From assembly GCA_963793305.1 (NCBI GenBank), contig CAWBZV010000003.1:896001-960000 (forward strand): a DNA stretch of 64,000 bases. Direction: 5' to 3'. The notes under the pieces were generated by a model. The model saw only the letters and a program-made list of their open reading frames with translations. It searched no databases and was not told the origin of the DNA. Below are positions 39,683 to 52,200 of the stretch, one piece after another (the stretch's first letter is position 1; the number at the start of each line of letters is the position of its first letter). Source of the stretch: an uncultured Gemmatimonadales bacterium (GTDB taxonomy: Bacteria; Gemmatimonadota; Gemmatimonadetes; Gemmatimonadales; Gemmatimonadaceae). The position numbers were made by a program, and so were the translations under genes.

Positions 39683-39933
39683 GGTGGCCTTGGGTCGGAC
39701 TCAATAGCTATGGCGCTTCTTGGCGCCGGCAAGGTCACCTCTGTGACATCAACATGCACAATTCTGCCAGCGACACGGCAATCGTTCGCGACCGCCATCG
39801 CTATCGTACGTCATAGTCGTGTGGTCTCTGAATCGCACGCACGCCGTCGGCGCGATGCGTCGCCTGATTGGCTCGAGCCTTGACTTTGCGGCGACAGTGC
39901 TGAAATATCAGCATACTCGGCTCAAGGAGAAAT

Positions 39934-41376
39934 GTGCTCAAGAACCTGTTCGCAATTGCCACCGTGTTCAGCCTGTCTCTCGCGGCTCAAAAGCCTGCTG
40001 ACCCCGGCATCGCGCAGCTCCGCCACGACCTTCCGGATTGGATGCAGCAGGGTGACGTCCCCGGAGTATCCATCGCTGTCCTGCGCCACGGGAAGACGGC
40101 ATGGATTGGTAGTTACGGCATTGCCAATAAGGCCACTCAGCAGCCTGTCACAGATAGAACGCTCTTCAACGCCGCTTCCCTGAGCAAAACCGTCTTTGCG
40201 TACACCGTCCTTCGTCTCGTCGACCAGGGGAAGATCGGCCTCGATACCCCACTGACTCGATACGTTCGTGACCGTCCGAGCCATGACCCACGTCTCGACC
40301 AGATCACCGCGCGCATCGTTCTCAGTCACCGCACCGGCTTTCCCAATTGGCGCAACGATGCCAAGGACGAGTTGCAAATCTATTTTGATCCCGGTTCCCG
40401 CTTCAGCTATTCCGGTGAAGGCATGGTGTATCTGCAACACGCAGTCGAGGCCATTACCGGCCAGCCGCTCAATCAGATCATTACCGAGCAGGTCTTCCAG
40501 CCACTCGGCATGACCGAAAGCAGTTACACCGCGCGTCCCGATCTCGCTGCCAACTTCGCCACGGGCTACGCACCCGATGGCCACGGCGTCGCGCTCTTTC
40601 AGAACACTGCAGCGAACGCCGCTGCCAGCCTCAATACCACCGCGCATGACTATGCCCTTTTTCTCGAAGCCGTCCTCAGTGGTCGCGGCCTCGAGCCCGC
40701 GACGCTCCGCGAGATGGAGACGTCAGAAATTGCGGTGGATCCAACCTGCACGAACTGCCTCGATGCCGCGCCCAAAACGCTCTCCGGTGATCTCTTTTGG
40801 GGCCTTGGCTGGGGTATCGAAAAGAACGCATCAGGCACCTACCTCTGGCATTGGGGCGACAATGGCATTTTCAAGGCATACGTCGTTGCCGATATCCAGC
40901 GCCGTTCCGCCGTCGTCCTTTTCGACAACAGCAGCAGCGGTCTCTCCATTGCGAAAGCGGCCACGGAGACCGCGCTGGGCGGGGATCATCCTTCCTTCGC
41001 CTGGCTCAACTACGACACCTATGACTCTCCCAGCGCGCGCTTTGCGCAAGACCTCAAGGCTCACGGCGTGCAGCAGGCCCTGCAGGATTTTGCTGCCGAT
41101 ATCGCATCCGGCAAGGTCTCCGAACGCGCCGTTAATGATGCGGGCTACCAGTTGCTCGGTGAAAAGCAATACGCGCATGCCATCACGATTTTTCAGCGAA
41201 ACGTGGACGCCCACCCAGCGTCGTCCAATACGTACGACAGTCTTGGCGAAGCGTACATGGATGATGGCCAGACCGAACTGGCTATCAAAAACTACGAAAA
41301 AGTACTCGCGCTAAACCCGAACAGTCGCAATGCCAAAGCCATGCTCGACAAACTGCGCGCATCGGGAAAGCCTTGA
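39934..41376 (+). CDS. Serine hydrolase (beta-lactamase family) with C-terminal TPR
   Basis: SLSK, LSHRTG, FSYSGEG, WHWGDN; TPR YDSLGEAY...YEKVLALNP; signal peptide. Confidence 0.92.
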   Translation: MLKNLFAIATVFSLSLAAQKPADPGIAQLRHDLPDWMQQGDVPGVSIAVLRHGKTAWIGSYGIANKATQQPVTDRTLFNAASLSKTVFAYTVLRLVDQGKIGLDTPLTRYVRDRPSHDPRLDQITARIVLSHRTGFPNWRNDAKDELQIYFDPGSRFSYSGEGMVYLQHAVEAITGQPLNQIITEQVFQPLGMTESSYTARPDLAANFATGYAPDGHGVALFQNTAANAAASLNTTAHDYALFLEAVLSGRGLEPATLREMETSEIAVDPTCTNCLDAAPKTLSGDLFWGLGWGIEKNASGTYLWHWGDNGIFKAYVVADIQRRSAVVLFDNSSSGLSIAKAATETALGGDHPSFAWLNYDTYDSPSARFAQDLKAHGVQQALQDFAADIASGKVSERAVNDAGYQLLGEKQYAHAITIFQRNVDAHPASSNTYDSLGEAYMDDGQTELAIKNYEKVLALNPNSRNAKAMLDKLRASGKP

Positions 41377-41439
41377 GGCTCGACCTGGGGATGGGTCGTC
41401 CCTGTGAGAACAAACGACCCCCTGTACCGTCGCCTCCAT

Positions 41440-42342
41440 ATGAACCGAATGATACTGATTGTCGTCGCGCTCTGCGCCACATCACTCGGCGCGCAGGGGA
41501 CGCTCGACGAGTACGTGTACACCGCACCAACCGGGTGGACGACACAACGCTATCCCGATGGCATCGTGCTCTCGGCCACGGGGAACAACAACGAGCGATG
41601 CCTCTTGCAGATATGGCCGACGCGTCCGGCCGGTCCGAACCTGCAGAGCGACGCACAGGCGGTCTACCAGGAAGTGTTCAAGACCTATCAGATCGTCAAC
41701 GTGTCCGACAACGGCAACACGCTCGGTCCGACCGTCATTCGTGGGACATCGGGACACGGCTGGGATTATCTCATCCTCAAGGATGGCATCCGGAAACCAC
41801 CCATTGGGGGCCAGCGGTTCATGACCCTCTACAGCTTCGTCTTCGTCGCGCAGCTGCAAGGTCGCCTCGGCGTCATCTCGGGCATGTCGAAAGAGCCGCT
41901 CGTCAGCGCGTGCTTCGGGGAGTCTCTCCGCAATGTGTGGCCGGAGTTTTTCTACAACTTGAATTTCAAGAGTTGGACGGCTACGCCGGATCCGGCACTG
42001 TTGGCCAAGCCGCTGGTCGGCGTGTGGACCACCGCGACCGCGACCGTCGCCGATCAATGGGTGTTCACAGACAACGGTCGGTACGGCGGGGCGTCCGCCG
42101 TGCAGAACTACAGTGGACTCTCCAATGGCACGGTCCTCGAAACGACGCGCGCATACTTCGGCGATGGGGCGTACACGTTGAACGGGAACGTCATGCACTT
42201 GACTCCCGATGACAAAGGGAAGAATCCTCAGGTCGCCCTGGTCCGCGTTGAAGCGGAGAACGGCGCGCCGATTCTCTACATCATGAGAAAGAGCTCGGTC
42301 GATGGGAGTATCTATGAAGTGCGATACAAGCGGCAGCACTAG
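41440..42342 (+). CDS. Hypothetical secreted protein
   Basis: Signal peptide and beta-rich ORF with coding-like composition. Confidence 0.7.
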   Translation: MNRMILIVVALCATSLGAQGTLDEYVYTAPTGWTTQRYPDGIVLSATGNNNERCLLQIWPTRPAGPNLQSDAQAVYQEVFKTYQIVNVSDNGNTLGPTVIRGTSGHGWDYLILKDGIRKPPIGGQRFMTLYSFVFVAQLQGRLGVISGMSKEPLVSACFGESLRNVWPEFFYNLNFKSWTATPDPALLAKPLVGVWTTATATVADQWVFTDNGRYGGASAVQNYSGLSNGTVLETTRAYFGDGAYTLNGNVMHLTPDDKGKNPQVALVRVEAENGAPILYIMRKSSVDGSIYEVRYKRQH

Positions 42343-42462
42343 GGGTGCTGGTCGTTGACGACGTGTTCCGGCACTCGACGGCGCTCGAGGCTAATCTTCG
42401 CGAATGTCTGCGCAGTTGTGCGATGCCGTACCTCTGAGGCCGTAGTTGTTGTACAATACACC

Positions 42463-42915
42463 ATGGGCTTACTCGATCAGTTGGGCGGCATCCTGCAGCA
42501 GTACCAAAGCGGCAATCCCGCCTCCAACCCGGCCTTGGCGGCACATTTCGATCAAGTGGCGTCCGCGGTCCCGACCAACAGTCTCGCAAGCAGCATCGCG
42601 CATGCAATGCAGTCCAATTCGACGCCCGCCTTCAGTCAGATCGTCGGGACACTCTTCAGTCAGGCCAACCCATCACAGCGGTCGGGCATTCTCGGCCAGC
42701 TCCTGACCGCTGCCGGGTCGTCGGCGACGCCCATCCCTGCACAGCAGATGTCGCCGGAGGCCGTGGTCCAGTTGGCCGAGCAGGCGCACGCGGCGAATCC
42801 TGCGGTGATCAACGAGATGAGCGCGCTCTTGGCGCAACATCCGCAGTTGGTCAAAGGCCTCGGCGCCGAGGTCCTCGGCGTCGTGATGACGCACCTGTCG
42901 GCCCAGCATCGATAA
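42463..42915 (+). CDS. Hypothetical protein (YidB/DUF937-like)
   Basis: MGLLDQLGGILQQY start preceded by TACAAT-5 nt. Confidence 0.7.
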   Translation: MGLLDQLGGILQQYQSGNPASNPALAAHFDQVASAVPTNSLASSIAHAMQSNSTPAFSQIVGTLFSQANPSQRSGILGQLLTAAGSSATPIPAQQMSPEAVVQLAEQAHAANPAVINEMSALLAQHPQLVKGLGAEVLGVVMTHLSAQHR

Positions 42916-43057
42916 AGCCGACGGTGGCTGGCACGTGATCTGCGACGGCTGAAGGCATCACATCGCCGGGGACGGCGAACTTCGGCAGCGACCAGACCAT
43001 GTTATCCATCGCCGGCATCTGATGCATCGGCGCGTGCGGCAATGCGGAGGTCCCGCA

Positions 43058-45423
43058 TTATTCCCACTGGAGCACCCGCGCCGGATCGACGCAACTCGCC
43101 TGATACGCCGGGACGTACGCCGCGATCGCTGCGACGCCGAGCAACACGGCGCAGGCGCCGAGAAGCGCAATGGGGTCGGTTGGACTCACCTCGAACAGCA
43201 TCGATCGCAGCAATCGCGAGGCGGCGAGCGCCCCCGCGGTCCCCACCGCGGCGCCGCCGAGCGCGACGCGCATGGCGCCGCGTAGAGACGTCGACGCGCA
43301 CCCGGGCCGGGGTCGCGCCCAACGCCATCCGCACGCCGATGTCGCGGATTTGCTCGCGGACGGCCGACGCCATAATGCCGTAGAGGCCGATCGCGGCGAG
43401 CAATAACGCGACGAGGCCGAACGCGGAGAGCAATGCCGTGCTCAGCCGCGGCTGGGCTAACGGTCCGGCGAGATGGTCGTTCATCGTGCGCACGCGCCAC
43501 AGCGTGACCTGTGGATCGGTGCGCTTCAGGAGATCACGAATCTCCGGCGCCAAAGTGTTGGCGTCGGTTGCCGTGCGCACGGCGATCGTACCGGTCCACC
43601 AGAACTGGCGCCATGGGAAGAAGATGGTCGGGCTCCCCTCGCGCATGGCGCGGAAGTGCAGGTCGTGCGCGACGCCGACCACGGTGCGCCACACCGAGTC
43701 GCCCTCGAACCGAATGCGCTTGCCGAGCGGATCGACGCCGGGCCAGAAGTAGCGCGAGGCGGCTTGGCTCACGACGACGACCGGAGAACCATCCTCGCGG
43801 TCGCTCGGCAGGAAGCCGCGACCGCGCTCCAGCGTGACACCCAGCGTCCGGAAATAATCCGGACCGCCTACCTCGAGTGGCGTCAGCGGATTGTGGCGGA
43901 CTTCCTCGGGCGACTGACCCTCGGCCTGCATGATGCCCGCCATCACGTTCGTGCCGATAAACGGCGGCAGGATCACCGGTGTCATGGAGGTGACGCCTGG
44001 CAACGCCGCGATCGCCGGCGCCACCTCATCGTAGACCCCGAACGATTTGGTGGGCTCGCTGAAACGCAGTCGCGTACTGGGAAGCGTCAGCTCGACCAGC
44101 GTCAGGTGGTCAGCCCGGTATCCCAGGTCGAGATGCTCGAGCCGTTGAAGGCTACGGACGAGGAGCGCCGCACCCGTGAGCATCATGAGCGCAAGCGCGA
44201 CCTGAGACGCGACGAGCAGTTGCCGTGTGCGGCGGCGTTCGCGGGTGAGGCTCTTGCCCGTGCGCAGATCGAGCTGCACGACCTTCATCGACGGCGCGAC
44301 GCCACAGACGAGCGTCACGACCGCGGTCAGCGCCAGCCCGGCGAGAAACGGCGCCACGCCGAGGCCAACGGCGTCGATGCGGGGGAGCTCGGGCGGTGCG
44401 AGAGAGCGCAACCCCCTGAGCGCGGCTTCGGCACAGGCGAGACCGAGCGCGCCACCCATGGCCGCCAGCACCGCGCTCTCCACCATCAAGTGCCGCAGGA
44501 TGTCGCGCGAGGTCGCGCCGATCGCTCGCCGTGTGGCCAACTCGCGCGATCGGGCCGCTGCGCGGAGGAGCAGAAGGTTGCCGACGTTCACACACGCGAT
44601 AGCCAAGAGCAGCATGACCGCGCCCGTGAGCACGACGATCACCGGACGCGCGTCGCCCACGATGGCCGTCCGAAGCGTGCGCACGTCGACGCGCGCGACG
44701 TTGAGCCCTGCTCCCGCGCGGCGCGCATCGATCGCTTTCGCGAGCGTGGAGAAGTCGGCGCGCGCAACCGCCGGCGTCGTGCCCGGTCTCAAGCGGGCAA
44801 TGAGATCGAGGTCCCTCTGGCCCGCGTTCAACGGGACCCAGCAATCGGCGCCCACGGGATAGTCCAAGCCCGGCGGCGCGACACCGACGATCGCGTACGA
44901 CCAGTTCGTGCGCGTGAAGCGCAGCCGGTGGCCGATCACGCCCGGGTCACCGGCGAACTGTCGCTGCCACGCGCGGTAGCTCAACACCATCACGTGAGCG
45001 GTGCTGTCGTCCGACGGTTGCAGCAGGCGGCCGATCACGGGACGGACGCCGAGGAGACTGAAGAAGTCGGCGGTCACCGCTGCTTGGTGCAGCACGACGG
45101 CCTGGTCACCGTCGGCGAGCGGAAACGTGTACGAGCCGTAGTGGGCGAACCCGGCAACCTGCCGCATCGTGCGCGAGTCCCGCTCGAGATCCTGGATCTC
45201 CGCCGGCGTGAACGGAAGGTCGACGCCGGCCGCGTCCAGCGTGCGGGGGACGACGACCTCGTCCTGCGCGAGGATCGGGAGTGGTCGGAGGAGCACGGCG
45301 CTGAAGACGCCCCACATCGCCACCGCCATGCCGATGCCGATCCCAAGGATCAACACCGCCGTCACCGAGAACGTCGGGTTGCGCAGGAGACCCGCGCAAC
45401 GCCATCCGAACGTCGTGCATCAT
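43058..45423 (-). CDS. ABC permease (ADOP-like) with frameshifts near 45393 and 43287
   Basis: MHDVRMALRG, IACVNVGNLLL, AAIGLYG...IGVRMALGA, AYVPAYQASCVDP, spread over three frames. Confidence 0.85.
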
Positions 45424-46127
45424 TTCGCGGGAGGTGGCGTGAACCGCTGCGCGTCCACCGGCGCGTTCGGGCGCACATCGCTGTACTCCTCGCGCTGCAC
45501 GATCTTGCCGTCGCTATACGTCTCGACGGTCTCGGAGACCCAGCCCGGCTGCGTCTCGACATAGTTGTCGAACCGGTAATCCAGCCCCTTCGTGCTGTCA
45601 CGAGGATTCGGCTGAACGGCGCGCACGAACAACAGGCGCTCCTTGTCGACCCAGAGCTGGTGAGCGCCGCTCCCGATCACGTAGGCTTTTCGCCCCTCCC
45701 ACATGTCCTCGCGGACCGGCGTCATCGGATAGTGCTCCTTCGCCAGCATGGCCAGCGTGCGCTCGGCCGGCTGCGTGTACACGTCGAATCCCATGATCAA
45801 CAGGATATTGCGCGACTCCGTCCGCAGGAACACGCTGTCGCCGCGCCAGACGTACTCCGAGTCACCCAGGTACATGGCCGTGATCGCGCCGGTCGGGCGC
45901 TCGATCTCCACGCGCAGCCGCCCCGGGAACATCGCCTCCTCGTTCCACGTCTGCACGACCATCGTGTCGGCCGGCGTCCGGAGCGTCGTGCGCTGGCTGA
46001 ACGTGAGCGTATGGTACCACGTCTGCGCGTACCGGTCGTGCATCGCACGAATCACGGCGTCGCCACTCGCTGGGGCGTTCTGGAAGCCGAGCAGGATGCC
46101 GGCCACAAGGGTGAGGCGAACGAGCAT
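45420..46127 (-). CDS. Secreted protein, possibly LolA-like fold
   Basis: Signal peptide, LWVDKERLLFVR, NAPVDAQRF terminus. Confidence 0.7.
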   Translation of the reverse strand: MLVRLTLVAGILLGFQNAPASGDAVIRAMHDRYAQTWYHTLTFSQRTTLRTPADTMVVQTWNEEAMFPGRLRVEIERPTGAITAMYLGDSEYVWRGDSVFLRTESRNILLIMGFDVYTQPAERTLAMLAKEHYPMTPVREDMWEGRKAYVIGSGAHQLWVDKERLLFVRAVQPNPRDSTKGLDYRFDNYVETQPGWVSETVETYSDGKIVQREEYSDVRPNAPVDAQRFTPPPAK

Positions 46128-46161
46128 GGAAGCTCCTGGGGTGAGATGACCACTACCTCGG

Positions 46162-46187
46162 GATAGTATACTATCAGCGCACTATCA
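46162..46187. promoter_or_regulatory. Palindromic operator overlapping a -10 box
   Basis: Perfect GATAGTATACTATC (46162-46175) plus an extra ACTATCA half-site (46181-46187). Confidence 0.65.
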
Positions 46188-47291
46188 TCGATCAACCGGG
46201 AGCACGAGCGCCACGCGAAATCCGCCGCCCGGCGCGTTCCCGGCGTCGAACGTGTGCCGCTCGCCGTACTGCGCCCGCAGACGTTCCCGCACGCTCACGA
46301 GGCCGTGTCCGGCCACCTGGCCGTCCTGATGTGGTGGGGCGCCGCGTCCGTCGTCGACAATGTCGATGTGCAGTGTTTGCGCCACCAGGCGCGCCGCGAT
46401 CTCGATCCGACCACCTTGCTCGAGCGGCTCGATGCCGTGCTGAATCGCGTTCTCCACACATGGCTGCAAGATCATGCTCGGCACGAGGGCTGACCGGGCC
46501 GCGTCCTCGATGGCCCACTCGACCGTCAATCGGTCGCCGAAGCGAGCGGTCTGGATCGCGACATACCGCCTCAGAAACTCGATCTCCTGCTCGAGCGGGA
46601 TCGCGTGCTCGTCCATCCGATCCAGGGCCATACGCAGCAGATCCCCGAGCTCGGCCAACACTCGGCGCGCGGACACCACGTCTTCGGCCATCAGCGCCGA
46701 TACGGTGTGCAGCGCATTGAATAGGAAGTGGGGTTGCAACTGCCGCTGGAGCACATGGAATCGAAAACGGGCCAGCTCGGCTTCCAACGCCGCCTCCCGC
46801 CGGCCCCGATCGCGATAGGCGCCGTAGTAGATGAGCGCATGATAGAGCAGTACGGCGATCGCAAAGACAAGCACTGTGGCAGGGAAGGTCTGCGTGAAGG
46901 CGTTCCACACGTCGCTCACAAAGGCGTGCGAGCCGGCCGGCCCCGCGAGCATGAGCGGCACGCTGAACAGTCGACTGAGCGCGGTCATGAAGGCCGCGCT
47001 CACCACACCCGCCAGCGCCGCGGCCGCGATCCAGACCGGTGAGCGACGCAGCAGGTGACCGCTCTCCAAGCGCCAGTGCCGACCGAGCAGCGCAATGGCG
47101 GGAGCCAGCAGCACCCAGGACGACCAGAAAATGAGCCCACCTGTGACCACTCGGATCAGCGGAACGTGCGACCATGCAGCAGACGAGACCGCGCTTTGGG
47201 TGGTCTGCAGCAACGTGAGCAGCACGACGCCCACAATCCCCGCGCCAATCGCAATGAGCACATCTGAGCCGACGCGAGAACGAATTGCCAT
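46185..47291 (-). CDS. LytS-family sensor histidine kinase
   Basis: Several TMs, QLQPHFLFNALH, LQPCVENAIQHG, DDGRG. Confidence 0.93.
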   Translation of the reverse strand: MAIRSRVGSDVLIAIGAGIVGVVLLTLLQTTQSAVSSAAWSHVPLIRVVTGGLIFWSSWVLLAPAIALLGRHWRLESGHLLRRSPVWIAAAALAGVVSAAFMTALSRLFSVPLMLAGPAGSHAFVSDVWNAFTQTFPATVLVFAIAVLLYHALIYYGAYRDRGRREAALEAELARFRFHVLQRQLQPHFLFNALHTVSALMAEDVVSARRVLAELGDLLRMALDRMDEHAIPLEQEIEFLRRYVAIQTARFGDRLTVEWAIEDAARSALVPSMILQPCVENAIQHGIEPLEQGGRIEIAARLVAQTLHIDIVDDGRGAPPHQDGQVAGHGLVSVRERLRAQYGERHTFDAGNAPGGGFRVALVLPVDR

Positions 47292-47454
47292 ATGCCATTC
47301 GAACTTAATGACGGCAGGCGCCGCGCCCGAGAGGCGTTTCGACCGAGTGGCATTTCTTGCGGGTCGGCGGCCGAATCCTGCGTCTCGCGCCAGATCCGTT
47401 GCCATGCGCACGTGGTCGGCCACAGTGTGCGCTCGCCCTTACCGGAGTACCTAC

Positions 47455-48180
47455 GTGTTGCGCTGCTTGTCCGTGCTGTGCCTGCTCACCGTTGTCCGAG
47501 CCGACCCCTTCGTCGGCAAATGGAGGCTCAACCCGTCCAAAAGCAGACTGCCCGACGAAATGACGGTCGTGGTCGCGGGCCCAAACCGATACGCCCTCAC
47601 TTTTGCTCCCGGCGCAGTCGATACCATCGTCGCCGATGGGCGTGACCACCCGGCCCTGCAGGGGTCCACGTTCTCCATCACCGTGGAGGGACCCAACAAC
47701 TGGAAGATGATCCGCAAGCAAGGGGATCACCTGTTGGTCTCGGCGGAGTGGACGCTTTCCGGAGACGGCCAAACGCTCACCGATGCCTTTACCGGCTATC
47801 GGCCCGACGGTTCGACATTGAGCGTGCACTACGTATACGAGCGGACGGCGGGGAGCTCAGGTTTCCCGGGCACATGGGATAGCGTGAAGGAGGAGGTGGG
47901 CACGGTCATCGAGCTCACGATCCAGTCCTACCAGGGTGACGGGCTTGCATTTGATAGTCACGAACTGACACTGGCGAAGAAGATCACGTTCAATGGGAGG
48001 GACTCTCTATCGTCAGGCCGCCGCGTGAACGAACGCAGTCTGGAAATAACAAACAAGTCTCAAGGCCAGGTTACGGGTACCCAGCAGGTCGAGCTTTCTC
48101 CAGATCTCAACACCTTGACGATGACCGCGCGCCAGGGAGATCACAGCAAGCCCACCATCCTGGTGTTTGAACGGGAATGA
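47455..48180 (+). CDS. Hypothetical secreted protein with two lipocalin-like repeats
   Basis: DPFVGKWRLNPSKS and FPGTWD; LSGDGQTLT and LSPDLNTLT repeats. Confidence 0.7.
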   Translation: MLRCLSVLCLLTVVRADPFVGKWRLNPSKSRLPDEMTVVVAGPNRYALTFAPGAVDTIVADGRDHPALQGSTFSITVEGPNNWKMIRKQGDHLLVSAEWTLSGDGQTLTDAFTGYRPDGSTLSVHYVYERTAGSSGFPGTWDSVKEEVGTVIELTIQSYQGDGLAFDSHELTLAKKITFNGRDSLSSGRRVNERSLEITNKSQGQVTGTQQVELSPDLNTLTMTARQGDHSKPTILVFERE

Positions 48181-49218
48181 ACAGGCTCACGCTGATCGCC
48201 GTCATACTCGCCGCGCCGGTCCTCCGCGCACAAGCGCCGACAGAGGTCGCGCCTGGCATCTTCGCGTTCACGCCGAACAATACGACCGACGGTCTCCCCG
48301 ACGGGAACGCGACCGTGATCATCGGGTCGAAGGCCGTCCTGGTCGTCGACGCCCCGAGCGTGCGCTTGTCGCGCGAGCACCTGCGTTGGATCCGGAGCAA
48401 GACCTCGCTGCCAGTCCGGTATGTCGTCAACACGCACTGGCACCTCGACCACGTGTCGGGGAATCAGGTGTACGCGGAGCAATTCCCCGGCGTCGAGATC
48501 ATTGCGAGCGGCGAGACTCGCGACCTTTCGATATGGCGCAATCCGTCCACGCTCGCACAACAACAAGCGCTCAACCCGGATAACGTGGCCGCCGCCCGCA
48601 AGCAGACCCTCCAGTCACACGCCACGCCGTACGAGGCCGCGCACGTGCTGGATGCGTTGGACAAGGCGACTCGGGAATGGCCCGTCTGGCGCGAGACACG
48701 CCTCGTGCAGCCCACGCTCACGTTCGAGGGCGGAGATGGATCTCGATCTCGGCGACCGACACGTCCAGCTCCGCAAGTACGTGGGACACACCACAGGCGA
48801 TGTCGTCGCGTTCATCCCCGAACAGGGCGTGCTCGTCACTGGCGACCTCGTGATCGCCCCGGTCCCGTACGGGTTCACCTCGCACTTTCGGGAGTGGAGC
48901 GAGTCGCTCGCGCGGCTCATGGCGATAGACGGCGTCAAGACGATCGTACCGGGCCACGGAACCGTCCTCTCATCCTGGGACTACGTCCGCTCCGAAAAAG
49001 CCCTGATCGATACCCTGCGCTCGCAGGTGCGCGCGGCCATGCACGCCGGGTTTACCGAAGCCAATCAGGTCGACTCCGTGAAGCAGCACGTCGACCTTTC
49101 ACGGTTCGCGGCCGAGCTGGCGGGGAACGATCCCGCCCGGCAATGGGCGTTCAAGAACTACTTCCTGATACCCGGCATCCCTCAGGCGTTCGACGAGCTG
49201 CGGGTCGAGTCGTTCTAG
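48177..49218 (+). CDS. Secreted MBL-fold metallo-hydrolase, frameshifted near 48731
   Basis: NTHWHLDHVSGN, then GHTTGD, TGDL and VPGHG in another frame. Confidence 0.88.
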
Positions 49219-52200
49219 GTGTGACCTGAGGTTCGTTCGCACGATGCCGGCTGTGCTGGCGCCGCAAGAGGCGCCAGCCCAGCAGGCACCCTCAGCGTAT
49301 TCAGGTCCCGCCACCGTGCCAGGGTGTTGCCGAGGTCGCGACAGGCGTCCATGAAGGCGCGGCGCATTGCCGCGGTCGGTGCCAGGTCCCCGTACTCTTG
49401 GGCTGAGAACTGCTGCTCGAAACGATCGTGGAGAGCCACGAAGTCGCTGCGGACACGCATGGGGCCGAAGGCGAATGCAGCCGCGGTGGGCGCGACGCCC
49501 GCCACGCTGTCCAGTCGCGCGCGAAACGTGGCGATCGCTTTCGCCGAAACGGAAGAGGAGTCTCGCGGCCGAAGTGAATCAAGCCGTGCGCGCATCCCAG
49601 CCGCCTGCTGGTACAGGGTGTAGGTCGTTCGCATGGCACCGGCGAGTGCGCGCTGCAGCGCGACCTGCGCGCGCACATCGGCCGTGCTGGCGGCCGAACG
49701 TGGGTCGTTGGTCACGGCCACCTTGGCGGTGTGGGTACGGCCATCGACCGTGAGCTTCAAGGTGTAGGTGCCGGGCGCCACCAGCGCACCCATCGGAGAG
49801 GCCGGTGTCAGTCCGGGATTGGCGTTGATCTCGAACGTGTGGACGAACGCGGGCGGCGGATCATACCGGAGGTCCCAGTGCGTCCGGTTCGCGCCGACGT
49901 TCGCCGGCAGCTGAAACGGCGGGGCCAACCAGAAGTTGGATTCCGGCGGCTGGGCGGCCTCCGGCACACTCGGACCCGGCACGCTCGATAAGTGGCGAAC
50001 CGGCGCGCCCGCCGAGTCGAACACGTCGAGGGTGATCTCGCCCCCTGGCACGCTGGCGAGCCAGTAGTCGATCGCTACTCCCTCTGGTGCATTGAGCGCG
50101 TGCGGGACCTCGAGCGGAAACGGCGTGTCGTAGCCGACGTTGCGCCGCACGCGGATGGCCGGCGCAGGGGTGAAGAGGTGCGCCGCCTCGTGGGCAATCG
50201 CATTCGTCATCTGCCTCAGCACCGTGTAATCGTCCAGCACCCAGATCCCGCGCCCGAACGTACCCACGAGCAGGTCGTTGCCAGCAAAGACGATGTCGCG
50301 GCACGGGGTCCGCGGCAGGTTGAGCTGGAGCGACTGCCACTCGTCGCCATCATTGAACGACACGAACATCCCACTCTCGGTCCCGGCGAACAGCAACCCC
50401 GCGCGTTTCGGGTCCGCCCGCACGACGTGGACGAAACTCCCCGAGGGCTGGTCCGTGGGCAGCCCGTTGGTGATGGGCTCCCAGTGCGCACCAAAGTCGC
50501 GCGTGCGGTAGAGGTGAGGGGCGTAGTCGCCCGCCGCGATGAGGTCCACCACCGCGTACGCCGTCGTCGAGTCGAAGGGCGATGCGTCGATCGTCTCGAC
50601 GATGGCGCGCGTCGGGTATGCGGTATTGGGCATCGAGACATCGGTCCAAGTGCGACCGTGGTCTCTCGTCAACTTGATCAGCCCATTCGTCGTTCCAACC
50701 CATATGGTGCCAGCGGCCACGGGTGACGGCGCAATCGAGGCGATCGTAGGAGGACGCGGCTGGCCCCTGCGCGGCGTGGCCGTGTCGGGGGACGCTCGCA
50801 CGCCGCGCGGCAGGGTGAGATCGGGGCTCAACTGCCGCCAGTCGGCGCCGCCATTGGTCGTCGTCATCAGATACTGATAGCCGGCCAGCAACTCGTGTTG
50901 ATTGCGAGGAGCAAAGACGATCGGCGCCGACAAGGACAGCCGGAGATGCAGGGCGGGATCCACATTCGGGCTCACCGAAACCCACTGACCGGTCGGCATA
51001 TTGATCCGGTTCAACCCGATGCCACTCGCGTACACCGTCTTGTGATCGAGCGGATCAGGCACGATCGTCCCCCACTCCCACCCATCGACGGGGCTCCAGT
51101 CGAGGGGCGTGATCTCGCCGAGATCGCCCCGTGCCCGAGTACGGATCGCGCCGGCATCCTGCTGTGTCGCGTACACCCAATAGGGGAAGCTGTTGTCGGC
51201 CGAGATGTGGTACACCTGCTCGGTGTTCTGGTTATACCACAAGCTCCACGTCGCGCCGCCGTCGAGCGTGACGATCGCACCCTGGTCGTAGCCAAGGACG
51301 ATTCGGTGGCCGTTCGTGGGATCGATCCATGCTGTTTGCGGGTCATCGCCCCCGGGCGCGCCTCTAAACCCGGTGAAGGTGGCGCCGCCGTCGGTGGACT
51401 TGTACGCCGAGGTGTTCAAGGTGTAGACGACGTCGGGATTCGCGGGATCGACGTAGACGCCGCAGTTGTACCCGCCCTGCCCGTTGCGAATGCGCTCGTC
51501 GTCGGCATCCATCTGGCGCCAGGTGGTGCCCCCGTCGTCGGATCGGAACAAGCCATCGTTGGTGATGACGTAGACGCGTTGGCCGTTGGTATTCATGGCG
51601 ACAGCGATGGAGGTCCGCCCGTTCACGCCTGGGACAGTCGGGCCGGTGAGCGCTCGCCACGTGAGGCCCCCGTCGTCGGATCGGTAGATCCCTCCGCCGG
51701 TGGGAGCGTGTGGCTGTGGAGGCGTCGACGTGTCGACACCGCTGGGCAAAAGCGGCGGCACGTAGAAGACGGTCGTCGTCGCAAACACGACCTGCGGTCG
51801 GTCGGCGGCCATGGCCAGACTCGCAACGCCCGCCGTGTCACCAACGTCCAGCGTCCGAGTCCACGTCGCGCCGCCGTCGGTGCTGCGGAAGACGCCTCGC
51901 GTCGCGCTTCTGCGGAACTGCGGTCCGAGCGCAGCCACCAGGACGGTGTTCGCATCGCGCGGATCGACGAGGATCGACGGCACGCGCTTGGAATCCTCGA
52001 GCCCGAGGTGGTGCCAGGTCTTGCCCGCGTCGACCGAGCGATAGATGCCGTCACCCTCGGTGAGCTGCCACTGCCCCATGACGGGTTGGCCGCCCGTCCC
52101 GACGTACACGACGTCGGCGTTCGATGGTGCGACAGCAATGGCGCCGACGGCCGAGATCGAGGTGACGGCGTCGAAGATCGGAAACCAGGTCTCGCCGGCG

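Noticed and set aside
39934..49218. Antibiotic-resistance beta-lactamases (serine hydrolase and MBL-fold genes)
   Set aside because: The motifs fit broad hydrolase superfamilies; nothing specific supports resistance.
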